Translations under genes and position numbers: made by a program | Notes under the pieces: generated by a model | What the model was told of the DNA's origin: nothing | Databases searched by the model: none | What the model saw: only the letters and a program-made list of their open reading frames with translations | Assembly (NCBI GenBank): GCA_964520685.1 | Contig: CAZFOG010000002.1 | Coordinates: 1 to 56,442 of the forward strand | From: an uncultured Nitrospiraceae bacterium | Lineage (GTDB): Bacteria > Hydrogenedentota > Hydrogenedentia > Hydrogenedentales > SLHB01 | Direction: 5' to 3' | DNA length: 56,442 nt | In this document: one piece after another, positions 9,702 to 19,006 of the stretch | How the letters are laid out: every line of letters begins with the position of its first letter | Numbering within the stretch: position 1 is the first letter of the stretch

Positions 9702-10100
9702 TTAAGCAGCTTTCTTTACCGAGCCAAACACTCGTGCTTTTGTTGTATTGTACGGAGGAGCAAGGAAAGTACCACCAAGATAGGTAAAGGTAGCCGCCAG
9801 AGCCACTTTCCACACAATACTCCAAATTACAACGCCTTCAATAATATACGTACCCACTGACTGCAATACCGCAGTGCCAAGGGCAATTAGAACACCTGAT
9901 GCAAGGTTAATCCAACTGAGTGCCCCCACAGGAGAATCAGAATGGAGAACATCAACCAGGTTCTTTCCTGTGTACGTCAGAATAGTACTGACTGCTGCAA
10001 CTGCAAGAAGAAGATAATCAATCGGCGTCTGTGTAAAAGCCGTAACGATTACTGACATTAAGGCCATGAATAGACCTTTGAAAAATTGCTGTGTTGTCAT
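9702..10100 (-). CDS. multi-pass membrane protein
   Basis: 132 aa with about 4 hydrophobic helices (e.g. LFMALMSVIVTAF, LLLAVAAVSTILTY, GVLIALGTAVL, VVIWSIVWKVALAATFTYL). Confidence 0.65.
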   Translation of the reverse strand: MTTQQFFKGLFMALMSVIVTAFTQTPIDYLLLAVAAVSTILTYTGKNLVDVLHSDSPVGALSWINLASGVLIALGTAVLQSVGTYIIEGVVIWSIVWKVALAATFTYLGGTFLAPPYNTTKARVFGSVKKAA

Positions 10101-10111
10101 GACAATTTGTT

Positions 10112-10933
10112 TTAATTAGACAATAAAGGAATATTTTGCAACATTACATGAATTTCATCATCTGGCAAATAATCATCAAATACAAGTGCTTCATCTACCC
10201 CATCAATCTCATCACCAGAAATATCATTTAATTGTGTTCCATGGGAAGAGTTATGCAAAATTAATGTCTGACTAGACCCAATGATTTCATTCTTTAACGC
10301 TGCCGGACCATCAAGTGTGGGGATCTGATTGAATTCGAGTTGGTAAAGAATAGTAGCAGACATACTGAACCATTCCTGCCAAGTCATTTCCTTTTCAAAA
10401 CCACGACGTAATCCATAGGATAAAGCTCCCATGTACTTTTTGATATCGGTAAAGTATGCATCAGCCGCAGTCTGATGTTCTTGGCAAGCACTGATAACCA
10501 ACCAACGTAAATAACCAGAACGAAATATCTGATGATGTACTGGCATACCAATATGAACCCCAGGAGTAGGAAGGAAACGATTTCGTACAGGACGCCCATT
10601 AAAGACATCGTGTGGATTACCTTTGGTTATTCCCTCAGAGAAACAACTGTCCGCAACCACAACCACGGTTGCCCCCGGACTTAACGAAGCGATTGCCTTT
10701 GAAGCAGCCAATTTGTAATTCTTAACTGTTGCTTGATAATCTGTATAACGACGTACATCAATTCCAGGAAAAGCAGAAACAAGTGGTTGTGGGAGAAGAT
10801 TTGTATCATTGACACAGCCCTTCAAACTATTCCCACCACTATAAACGTTCCTACCAACAGAAATAATACGAAACTCTACAGGATCAAACGGCCTGTCATC
10901 AATCTTACCAAACATATTACCAAAACAAGTCAT
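10112..10933 (-). CDS. caspase/metacaspase-like (peptidase C14-like) protein with non-canonical motif order
   Basis: 273 aa. LKGCVNDTNLL (helix-1 motif) near the N-terminus, VVVVADSCFSEG (Cys block, compare DSCHSG) at about residue 95. LILHNSSHGTQLNDISGDEIDGVDEALVFDDYLPDDEIHVML (His block, compare YSGHGxQxxDxxGDExDGxDE...DDE) sits at the extreme C-terminus. Confidence 0.7.
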   Translation of the reverse strand: MTCFGNMFGKIDDRPFDPVEFRIISVGRNVYSGGNSLKGCVNDTNLLPQPLVSAFPGIDVRRYTDYQATVKNYKLAASKAIASLSPGATVVVVADSCFSEGITKGNPHDVFNGRPVRNRFLPTPGVHIGMPVHHQIFRSGYLRWLVISACQEHQTAADAYFTDIKKYMGALSYGLRRGFEKEMTWQEWFSMSATILYQLEFNQIPTLDGPAALKNEIIGSSQTLILHNSSHGTQLNDISGDEIDGVDEALVFDDYLPDDEIHVMLQNIPLLSN

Positions 10934-12057
10934 TGCTGAATAATTAGTTCTGCTTGATTAAGAATAATCTTTCCAGTAGTAAGAGGAATACTTATTGAAT
11001 CACCATAGAGCAGTTGACCACTACGAAAGAAAATAACCATATCTCCTTCATAGATTCTTGCACCCTGTTGCCAATATCCTCTCTGTTTCACCAATTGTAT
11101 ATCAAATCCTGCAACCCAGTAGTCACTCATTGCAATCCCCATATCAAATTCGGTAGGTGTCCCCCACTGCAAACGAAACTCTGGAACGAAGTTGATGAAG
11201 TCCTTAAAGTGAGGATTCATTATCATTGAATGAGTGTCGTATCCCAACGCTTGCCATTCGGTAAATGTGTAATGTTGACCCTCTAACGCAAATATAGGAT
11301 CTCCGTCCTCACACCAATAAATGTTGTAATCACATTCAAACCCTTCCAAACACTCCTCATCCATCACGTTTATATTACGTATTTGGTGACGAGTATAAAA
11401 GATGTTATTTTTAATTTTGGTATGAGTAGCCGTCCCAATCACTCCGGCACTTGCGTCCGTATTCATGTACACATCTATCAAACCACGCCAAGTACCTATT
11501 CCCGGACCAACATAGGTAGAATCTTCGCTAAAGAATGTATTATTGTATATACATACACCATTCATTCCTTTAACAACAACTCCTACGGCAGGTGGGGAAA
11601 CGATAATATTGTATGCAACCACTCCAGCAGTATCCGTCAGGCCATTTGACTTACGGATGATCCCCATTGGTACATGATCCAAATAGTTATACATCACCTT
11701 GACGTCGGTATGATACCCCGTGAAGATACCATGTGTTATCGTATTACTATCTTGATTCCCAACCCAATTGAATTTATTACCAATAATCTCCGCCCCTTGG
11801 AAATTGTTAGTATATGCGGATGGTACTTCCTGTCCAGCTTCCAGCATATAACCGCCAATATTACAAGACTCTACGTAATTATTCCTGAAAATAAACTTTG
11901 CAGGATTACTGCGGGGAGTTTGAATACCATATGACCTACCACAGAGATAATCTATAAAAGTGGTATCCACATAGGTCTTCCCTTCCCAAAGTACCGTATC
12001 CTGTGCTGTCAGGGTTGTGGTAACAAGCAGTAGTAATATGCCGATTAGCCACTTCAT
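10930..12057 (-). CDS. secreted protein, probable right-handed beta-helix (polysaccharide-binding or depolymerase-like)
   Basis: 375 aa. Signal peptide MKWLIGILLLLVTTTLTAQD. Recurrent NNxxx strands (FRNNYVE, YNNTFF, KNNIFYT) suggest parallel beta-helix repeats. Confidence 0.55.
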   Translation of the reverse strand: MKWLIGILLLLVTTTLTAQDTVLWEGKTYVDTTFIDYLCGRSYGIQTPRSNPAKFIFRNNYVESCNIGGYMLEAGQEVPSAYTNNFQGAEIIGNKFNWVGNQDSNTITHGIFTGYHTDVKVMYNYLDHVPMGIIRKSNGLTDTAGVVAYNIIVSPPAVGVVVKGMNGVCIYNNTFFSEDSTYVGPGIGTWRGLIDVYMNTDASAGVIGTATHTKIKNNIFYTRHQIRNINVMDEECLEGFECDYNIYWCEDGDPIFALEGQHYTFTEWQALGYDTHSMIMNPHFKDFINFVPEFRLQWGTPTEFDMGIAMSDYWVAGFDIQLVKQRGYWQQGARIYEGDMVIFFRSGQLLYGDSISIPLTTGKIILNQAELIIQQ

Positions 12058-12638
12058 TTTGCTATGTATGAATCATAATTACTTAAGAATGTAAATACTC
12101 TTCCACCATACCCAGTAGTAGCATGAGCAGGAGATGTAAGAATATTGAGCACTTTCTGATTGTACTGATCTATCGGACGCATGTCTTCTGGAATCCCTGC
12201 TGCCTCCCAATCAAAGTTTGCGTCAAAGAAGGCTTCCTGTTCCGCCAATAGTTTATCAGCAACATCATACATATTGTTAATCACTTCCCAATTATCAGTA
12301 ATAAGACTGCCCTGTGGAATGATAGTCGGTGGAACAGTATCAACCGCCTTAACCACGAAAAACACCTGAGAAAAGTTGTCAAATGCGTCAGTTGCTGTAA
12401 TTGTTACGGTAATCTGCGGATTATTGGCATTTAGAAGTGTACCTGCCACCGGGTCCTGCGTAACCGATTTTATTTGGCAATTTTCCTCCACCTTTATGAA
12501 TTCAGGCGTGGTGTAATCCGGAAGAACTGCCTCACAATTTGTCCCAACCTGTATATACTGTGGCGGAATCTGTGCCAACATACAGGTACAACTGCTGGCA
12601 ACCAGCAGCACTGCAATAAAACCAATAATCTTTTTCAT
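12054..12638 (-). CDS. putative lipoprotein with Ig/HYR-like domain
   Basis: 194 aa. MKKIIGFIAVLLVASSC looks like a signal peptide with a lipobox-like Cys. TVTITATDAFDNFSQVFFVVKAVDTVPPTI resembles HYR/Ig-like modules. Confidence 0.6.
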   Translation of the reverse strand: MKKIIGFIAVLLVASSCTCMLAQIPPQYIQVGTNCEAVLPDYTTPEFIKVEENCQIKSVTQDPVAGTLLNANNPQITVTITATDAFDNFSQVFFVVKAVDTVPPTIIPQGSLITDNWEVINNMYDVADKLLAEQEAFFDANFDWEAAGIPEDMRPIDQYNQKVLNILTSPAHATTGYGGRVFTFLSNYDSYIAK

Positions 12639-12646
12639 TTCTCTCT

Positions 12647-13189
12647 TTATTTGGTTAGTAACTCTTTTAAACGTTCTCTTGCTCGAAGAACCCGCACTCG
12701 AATTGTTGAGGAAGGTTCTTGGTACTTGTCAGCAATTTCATGAAATTGCAATCCATTAAAGTAATACTCCTCAACCATTAGCCGAGTTTTACACTTTAAC
12801 TTTGACACTGCCCGTTCTACCATCTCCATCTGCTGATTGTAAATAAATAAATCCTCTGGCGTTTCTACTCCATAAGAAATAAACTTACAATCTTCAGTAA
12901 GGGTAACTTCAGTAATACGTCTATTCTTTGTTCTTATAAAATCAATACAGTTATTCTTTGCTATGGAAAACAACCAAGTACTAAACTTATTTGTTGGTTG
13001 ATAATACTTAATCTTTAGGCAGGCATCCTCAAATGAATGTGTCATTAACATTTCAGCATCATCTTTGTTATTGACAAAAGAATAGATCATTACATACAAC
13101 GATGTTTTAAAACGACTTACCATCGCTTTGTATGCTTCTGGATCACCCTTCCGCAAACCTTCTACCACTATATGCTCTTCATATTTCAT
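12647..13189 (-). CDS. RNA polymerase sigma-70 family factor, ECF-like
   Basis: 180 aa. Region 2 (DAEMLMTHSFEDACLKIKYY...FSTWLFSIAKNNCIDFIRTKNRR) and region 4 HTH (LQFHEIADKYQEPSSTIRVRVLRARERLKELL) are both recognisable. Confidence 0.85.
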   Translation of the reverse strand: MKYEEHIVVEGLRKGDPEAYKAMVSRFKTSLYVMIYSFVNNKDDAEMLMTHSFEDACLKIKYYQPTNKFSTWLFSIAKNNCIDFIRTKNRRITEVTLTEDCKFISYGVETPEDLFIYNQQMEMVERAVSKLKCKTRLMVEEYYFNGLQFHEIADKYQEPSSTIRVRVLRARERLKELLTK

Positions 13190-13602
13190 TCTACAATCTC
13201 AAAGTGGGAAGCGTCCCAAAATTTTGTATCATCAACATCATCATCCATATCCCAATCTGCACCAGAACGGATATGATGTGTAATTCTACCTTCAGCCAAC
13301 AACATCTCAGCAATTCCCATCACAAACCCTGCAAAGTTGGAAGACTGTAATTTCCCCCAATCAATAGCAGTGCGTTCGTATGGAGCAGCATCTACCGCCA
13401 AACTCGGCCACTTATTGTGCTTGGAAAGCGGCCACGGTTTTTCAGAGTTTCCGGCAGCATACGCCTCATTCTGCGCAATCTCCCCACGATGCCCACAAAC
13501 GATAGTACAGTCATAATATTTGATGACCTCATTAAATAAAGTCTGTAAATCTTCGTGACACGTGCCCAAACGACTCTTTGATATGTTTGAATACTTTGGC
13601 AT
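13186..13602 (-). CDS. endolysin, peptidase M15 family (Zn D,D- or L-Ala-D-Glu peptidase)
   Basis: 138 aa. CGHRGEIAQNEAY, SKHNKWPSLAVDAAPY and a C-terminal D..SHFE match the H/D/H zinc-ligand pattern of M15 cell-wall peptidases. Adjacent to the holin-like gene. Confidence 0.8.
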   Translation of the reverse strand: MPKYSNISKSRLGTCHEDLQTLFNEVIKYYDCTIVCGHRGEIAQNEAYAAGNSEKPWPLSKHNKWPSLAVDAAPYERTAIDWGKLQSSNFAGFVMGIAEMLLAEGRITHHIRSGADWDMDDDVDDTKFWDASHFEIVE

Positions 13603-13603
13603 A

Positions 13604-13918
13604 TCAATTCCCTCCAGATAATATAAAAGCAGTTGCGATAGCGGAAGCAGATAATACCGCAGTAATTACCATATTGACAACATCTCTTGTTTGTAATTTC
13701 ATTCTTGCAATAGTCTGAGATTCTATCATAAATTTCATTACTGCGGAGAGATTGGTATTCATATCTTTCAGCAAATGATTCATATTTCTCTGCTCATCCT
13801 TAATCATTATCAACTCTCCCTTTATTCCAGGCTTTCCATTACCATCAATGTCCTCATCAATGCTGTCCAAACGCCTGCTAATAATATCAATCTCCTTTGA
13901 CTTTGTACACGGTTCCAT
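13604..13918 (-). CDS. holin-like / lysis-associated membrane protein
   Basis: 104 aa. Charged N-terminal half and a single C-terminal TM (VVNMVITAVLSASAIATAFILSGG). Ends 1 nt before the endolysin start. AAGGAGGA SD. Confidence 0.5.
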   Translation of the reverse strand: MEPCTKSKEIDIISRRLDSIDEDIDGNGKPGIKGELIMIKDEQRNMNHLLKDMNTNLSAVMKFMIESQTIARMKLQTRDVVNMVITAVLSASAIATAFILSGGN

Positions 13919-13966
13919 CAGTTCCTCCTTTCTTTAAACATTTGACTTATCTATATCTGACAGTTC

Positions 13967-16900
13967 TTATGAATTTACATAAAATGAAGCAGTATAACCT
14001 GCAGCAGTATAATACCCCTTAATAAGATCAATTAAAACTTCACCTTCAGAAGAAACCTTTCCCATCGGGGTCCCCTCAAGGCTATATGCACAATTATATA
14101 ATGGAGCATGTGTACTTATCCAATCTTCTATATCTTCTAATAATGCATGTAAATGAGCATCATCTACCGAATTACTATTAAAATTATATACACTCAGTCT
14201 ATGAAAAGCCCCCCTTGGAAGATCAGTAAAATGACATCCACCAGCACAATTGATTGCTATTCCGGTAGTCCTTAAATCATCTGGTATAATAAGCCCGGAC
14301 CAATCCCCATAAAATCCTACAGGATGATATGAAATTAAACTAATCATATGTGTAGGAAATTGTGAAGCAACCCAAGGGAGTACATTAGTCATATCCCCAG
14401 ATACGTATCCTATAATTTGAAAATGTGCTATAGTTCCAGGCAGGTTCCAATTACTGATATCTCCATATATACCTATCCCATCTTGAGTTGTTGTAATTTC
14501 ACTTTGTAAATGAATATCCCAATACTGAGCAGGGAACACCGCATTTGTTATATCTATTGTTATATTATTTCCCCCAAAGTGACATCCAATACATGTACTT
14601 GGCAATTTATTAGGATACCAAGCAGTAAGATTCCCAACAAAGTCATTATCGTAAAGATGTGCCCATCCAAGATACTGTGGTAATACCCATTTTTCTATAA
14701 CAGTATCATGTAATATCTCATATTGACTATACCACTCAAATTGTAACAGATAATCCACATCTCCCGTAAAATGTACCCAATATATGCCAGTAGAAGTATA
14801 ATCATGTGTAATTTGGGCAAGTACTGTAGAAGTAAAATTTGTAGTAGTACCATCTCCCCAATTTATTACTAATGTATATCCCCCTGTGTTCATAGACATC
14901 TTTACCATTTTGATTTGTCTTAGAGTTGTTTGATCAACTCTAAATGACAGTAAAGACATAATATTAACAGAATCACAATAATCAGAATATAACGTTCCAG
15001 ATTTAGCTCGAACTCTATATGTCAAAGAAGAATTCTGCCAAGCATGATCTACATATGTAGTTACTCCAGCAGCAAGCGTGGTTATTAATACCCAACCACT
15101 AACACCATCACGATAATTGGAGGTTTCACAATATATCTCGTGTTCAGCAACTCCATCAGTATTATCAACAAACGAAATTGAAGCATGATCCTCTTCCCAT
15201 ACAACTGATAAATCAGATGGAGAGTCAGGAGTGCGCCTTGCATTATCTTTCCAAATAGCAAGTTTGTGAATATAAGTATTACCCAACCTTGACTGTAATT
15301 TTATGAACACTCTTTGAGGACCAAAGGCTTGTGCATAAAACGGCATCTTATGAAATGTCCAATCAACATCAGAAATATTGTTTTGATAACTACTATAATC
15401 TGCATATAGTCCATTATTGAAAGTAACATAAAACTCACCCTTTGTCCAAAACTGAAAAAAGTATAATCCTGTTTCCGGGGGTACAAAATCATAGAGCATA
15501 TAAGAACCTTGTGGAATACGGGCAACATTTGTCCCATCTATACTATTATTCATAGTTTCAGTGGCATCAACAAATACAGATGCCACAGTATCTCCCCCTC
15601 CAGTTATTCCCCAAACCTCACCGGAAAGACCACATAAATCATCACGTAAATCACCATTCTTAATAAAATTAACTCTTGAAGTATTTAATGGCTCGTTCAA
15701 TACTTCTTCCATCCCCAATGACTCCCACCCATTTACTTGAGCCCATTGTACAAATTCAGCCATCGTATGATAACTTCTATCATGAAATCCTTGTAAAGTT
15801 CCATCCGCCGCCTTAACTACTGGATTTTGAAAATAATGTGTATATAATTTCATTGTTTTCCCACGCAAAGCATTCCGTAACATATATTTCTTTATGTCAA
15901 GAATAAGTTCGGCTTCATTGGCATAATCTAAATAATTCCCATCATAACTAATTGCAAGTGACATTTCTCTTGGGTAGTCATACCAAATTCCATCAAATAT
16001 TACTTTAATACTAACATCTCGAATATCGCAATCTACACCAGTACACTCAATTAAAAATTCTCCAAGCGCATTATTAATAGTAGTAATTTTTTTAGAAAAT
16101 ACTAAACATTCATCACGCTTATCATCACTATCTAATGAATATATTCTAAGGAATAAATTTCCCAGCCCATACCGATTTAATGAAATTTCATACCATTCCC
16201 CTACTACACATGGATTATCAACTATAGCTGATGTAATTTCATTTGGATATATTGTGTCTGCTTGAAAATCAATAGAATCATCATAATATCCAAATTTTAT
16301 TACCCCTACCGGACAATTTCCTGTTGTTCGTAAACACTTAACCTTAAATGAAACTTCCAAATTAGAGGCTTCCATCCAATCTTTATTTTCTCCAAGATCA
16401 AATGAACCATATGCAGTATCTGCATACCCAGACATACGTTGTACAACTGACCACCCAGCACTACTATCCTCACTACTCTCTTCAACCACACTACAATTAT
16501 ATTGAGCACCAAAAACACTAACTCCATTTATAAGGTTATCTGTGTAAGTATAATTTTCACGATTCCAATGTGCTGGAGCAGGAAACCAATGGGTACGTAA
16601 AGTCGGATGTAGTAAATGCTGATGAAATATTGTATAATACATTAGCCAACCCGGATTATCTCCTAAAATACCGGTGTCTATAAAATGCCATGCCTCTGTT
16701 GAACTTGTATTGCCGGACTCTTCCCCACGAGACCTCAATGCAATATTAGTAGCTGCAAAAAACCATTCCCACCATAAACTATTATCATCCGAAGCGGAAG
16801 GGGTCATACCATCTGGATATGGAATACCATAATCATTATGTAACAATTCAATATTATGCAATGCTTGAGAAGATATTTTAGAATACCATGCCCCTATAGT

Positions 16901-19006
16901 CCCCATATCTTCTTGTACATTATGGTTTGCTATTTCTTCCGGAGATCCATTAAGATATGCCCGATAGCCCTCCTCATAAGTAGCGAATTGCCAAAATGAA
17001 GGGGTAATACCATGAAAGGCAAAAGTTAAATTACCTAAAGCAATTTGTTCTAACCACACTGCATCCAAAGTAACATCCCACCCAGTATGTACTTGAGCCC
17101 TAAAAGAATAATCCCCCGAATTCATTTCCTTGACAAAAGTTCCAAATAATGGACTATCACCATCTGTAGCTCCAATTCCATCAACACGAATATGATACCT
17201 TAATGGAATCACCCCAAATCCATTAACATAATCCTCCATAGTATCGGATTCAGCAGCCGTTACTATTAGATTGTAATATGCATTGTTAATATGATTATCA
17301 AGAAATATCTTTTTCCCATATGACGGATAAAATTGATTGAGATTCAATTCATTTGGGATACCAGCGGTATATAATATTCCATTAATATCCGCTGCAATAA
17401 GAGCCACTTCAGTTGGAAGTTTTACTTTTACTTCACACCCATTATGAGCATTAATATATGATGGATTTAAAGGCGCCTTGCCTAAAGCATCTAATTGTTC
17501 CCCTGAGGAAGATCCATCAAATACAGGAATACTCATATACCCAGTAGGTTCGTCACGGATATGATCGGAAAAAACTATCCCATCTTTAATAAGATATGAA
17601 TATATTCCACCTATCTTATAATAAACATTCTTTAAAATCACAGAACGACAAAGGGATGTGGCAGCATTACCAAATCCCCAATAACACATTGCGGTAGTCC
17701 GCTCATCCTCCGTCTTTGCACCAGAAGATTCATCCACCATTTCAAGTAATTCATCTTGAAAATAAATTTGGTAATTCTCAGAATCAGCAGCACCACAACC
17801 ATTATAAACAATTCGGAACTTTAACCAACCATCTAATTCCGTCCCGGTATATTCCTTTACAATCCAAAAACCATCACGGCAACCAAATGCTATCGTTTTA
17901 TCAGCCCGATCTACCAATAATGAATTAACATAAGTAGACGTTGGTGCATAAAAAGTCATTATAGGTACTTTATACGCTGTTGCTGACGTAAGTGGGAATC
18001 CTTCCCAATAGGCTTCCCAAGCGTGATTATTTGTACCTATTACATTAACACTACCTGCCCATAATCCCCTGCGATATGTCTGATTAATCACTACGGGATA
18101 AATAGAGCATCCCTCTTGTAAATTAAGCAATAGACTATCCTGCGTTGACCATTGCCAATCAATACCTTCCACTCCTCCAAGTATCCCATAGTTGTTAGCT
18201 GAAAATACATAATTTGAATATCCAGTAGTAAATTTAAACTCTTGTCCATCGGATAAAGTAACGGATACAATTTTCTTATTTGGAAGGGCTGAATAATCAA
18301 AAACCAAATTGTTGCCAACAATAGATACCCCCGTCGTTGTATCAGCACGATTCACTTGTGTTACTGACAATCCTGACAATGAAACTTCAGGAGTGAATGT
18401 AACATTTCCTAAAAACTCTATACAATAACCACCAACAAGATCAGCATCATATCCATTATCAGAACCATCTATCCATTTATTAGTATTAAAGTCAAAATAG
18501 GTGCTTTGAAATAATATATCCTCTTCTTCAGAACTTAATATATCCTCTTCTTCAGAACTTGATATAGCCTCACTTGGTAAGTCACTATATTCATCCATTA
18601 AGATTTCACCCGTAATTTGAACTGTTATATTAGCACTAATCTTATCCGCTGCTTCATTGGTAATTGGTAATTTTGTGACGAACCCCATAAAAAACATAGA
18701 GGTTTCATATTCATCAGGTAGTAAAATACAATAATATGCCTGAGTATTCCTTTCAAAATCCCCTTTTAACAATTCGTAATTATCACGAGTGAAATTCATA
18801 GCAAGAGAAATTTCACCTCCCACCTTAAATCCTGCCGCAAATTCACGATATCCATCTAAAGTGGCAAAAGAAGTAACATCAATATTATCATGTGATCGGT
18901 TTGGTCCAACAATAGCATTTACATCAGCAATGGTTTCCCATTGAGTACTCTGACTATTCCATCGCTGAAATCGTGTACTTACTCCCGTAAATGCTTCACT
19001 TGCCAT
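13967..19006 (-). CDS. giant fibre/receptor-binding-like structural protein with tail-tube-type (TP901-1 major-tail-like) N-domain
   Basis: 1679 aa. The N-terminal ~135 aa (MASEAFTGVSTRFQRWN...DVTSFATLDGYREFAAGFKVGGEISLAMNFTRDNYELLKGDFE...) is paralogous to ORF 19006-20463. It is followed by an acidic SSEEEDIL x2 linker. The long C-terminal region contains an FN3-like segment (..LTYRVRAKSGTLYSDY..) and a PKD-like INWGDGTTT...THDYTSTGIYWVHF. Confidence 0.8.
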   Translation of the reverse strand: MASEAFTGVSTRFQRWNSQSTQWETIADVNAIVGPNRSHDNIDVTSFATLDGYREFAAGFKVGGEISLAMNFTRDNYELLKGDFERNTQAYYCILLPDEYETSMFFMGFVTKLPITNEAADKISANITVQITGEILMDEYSDLPSEAISSSEEEDILSSEEEDILFQSTYFDFNTNKWIDGSDNGYDADLVGGYCIEFLGNVTFTPEVSLSGLSVTQVNRADTTTGVSIVGNNLVFDYSALPNKKIVSVTLSDGQEFKFTTGYSNYVFSANNYGILGGVEGIDWQWSTQDSLLLNLQEGCSIYPVVINQTYRRGLWAGSVNVIGTNNHAWEAYWEGFPLTSATAYKVPIMTFYAPTSTYVNSLLVDRADKTIAFGCRDGFWIVKEYTGTELDGWLKFRIVYNGCGAADSENYQIYFQDELLEMVDESSGAKTEDERTTAMCYWGFGNAATSLCRSVILKNVYYKIGGIYSYLIKDGIVFSDHIRDEPTGYMSIPVFDGSSSGEQLDALGKAPLNPSYINAHNGCEVKVKLPTEVALIAADINGILYTAGIPNELNLNQFYPSYGKKIFLDNHINNAYYNLIVTAAESDTMEDYVNGFGVIPLRYHIRVDGIGATDGDSPLFGTFVKEMNSGDYSFRAQVHTGWDVTLDAVWLEQIALGNLTFAFHGITPSFWQFATYEEGYRAYLNGSPEEIANHNVQEDMGTIGAWYSKISSQALHNIELLHNDYGIPYPDGMTPSASDDNSLWWEWFFAATNIALRSRGEESGNTSSTEAWHFIDTGILGDNPGWLMYYTIFHQHLLHPTLRTHWFPAPAHWNRENYTYTDNLINGVSVFGAQYNCSVVEESSEDSSAGWSVVQRMSGYADTAYGSFDLGENKDWMEASNLEVSFKVKCLRTTGNCPVGVIKFGYYDDSIDFQADTIYPNEITSAIVDNPCVVGEWYEISLNRYGLGNLFLRIYSLDSDDKRDECLVFSKKITTINNALGEFLIECTGVDCDIRDVSIKVIFDGIWYDYPREMSLAISYDGNYLDYANEAELILDIKKYMLRNALRGKTMKLYTHYFQNPVVKAADGTLQGFHDRSYHTMAEFVQWAQVNGWESLGMEEVLNEPLNTSRVNFIKNGDLRDDLCGLSGEVWGITGGGDTVASVFVDATETMNNSIDGTNVARIPQGSYMLYDFVPPETGLYFFQFWTKGEFYVTFNNGLYADYSSYQNNISDVDWTFHKMPFYAQAFGPQRVFIKLQSRLGNTYIHKLAIWKDNARRTPDSPSDLSVVWEEDHASISFVDNTDGVAEHEIYCETSNYRDGVSGWVLITTLAAGVTTYVDHAWQNSSLTYRVRAKSGTLYSDYCDSVNIMSLLSFRVDQTTLRQIKMVKMSMNTGGYTLVINWGDGTTTNFTSTVLAQITHDYTSTGIYWVHFTGDVDYLLQFEWYSQYEILHDTVIEKWVLPQYLGWAHLYDNDFVGNLTAWYPNKLPSTCIGCHFGGNNITIDITNAVFPAQYWDIHLQSEITTTQDGIGIYGDISNWNLPGTIAHFQIIGYVSGDMTNVLPWVASQFPTHMISLISYHPVGFYGDWSGLIIPDDLRTTGIAINCAGGCHFTDLPRGAFHRLSVYNFNSNSVDDAHLHALLEDIEDWISTHAPLYNCAYSLEGTPMGKVSSEGEVLIDLIKGYYTAAGYTASFYVNS
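18516..18563 (-). repeat. 24-bp tandem duplication inside the giant fibre gene
   Basis: ATATCCTCTTCTTCAGAACTTAAT (18516-18539) and ATATCCTCTTCTTCAGAACTTGAT (18540-18563). Encodes SSEEEDIL twice at the domain boundary. Confidence 0.9.
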
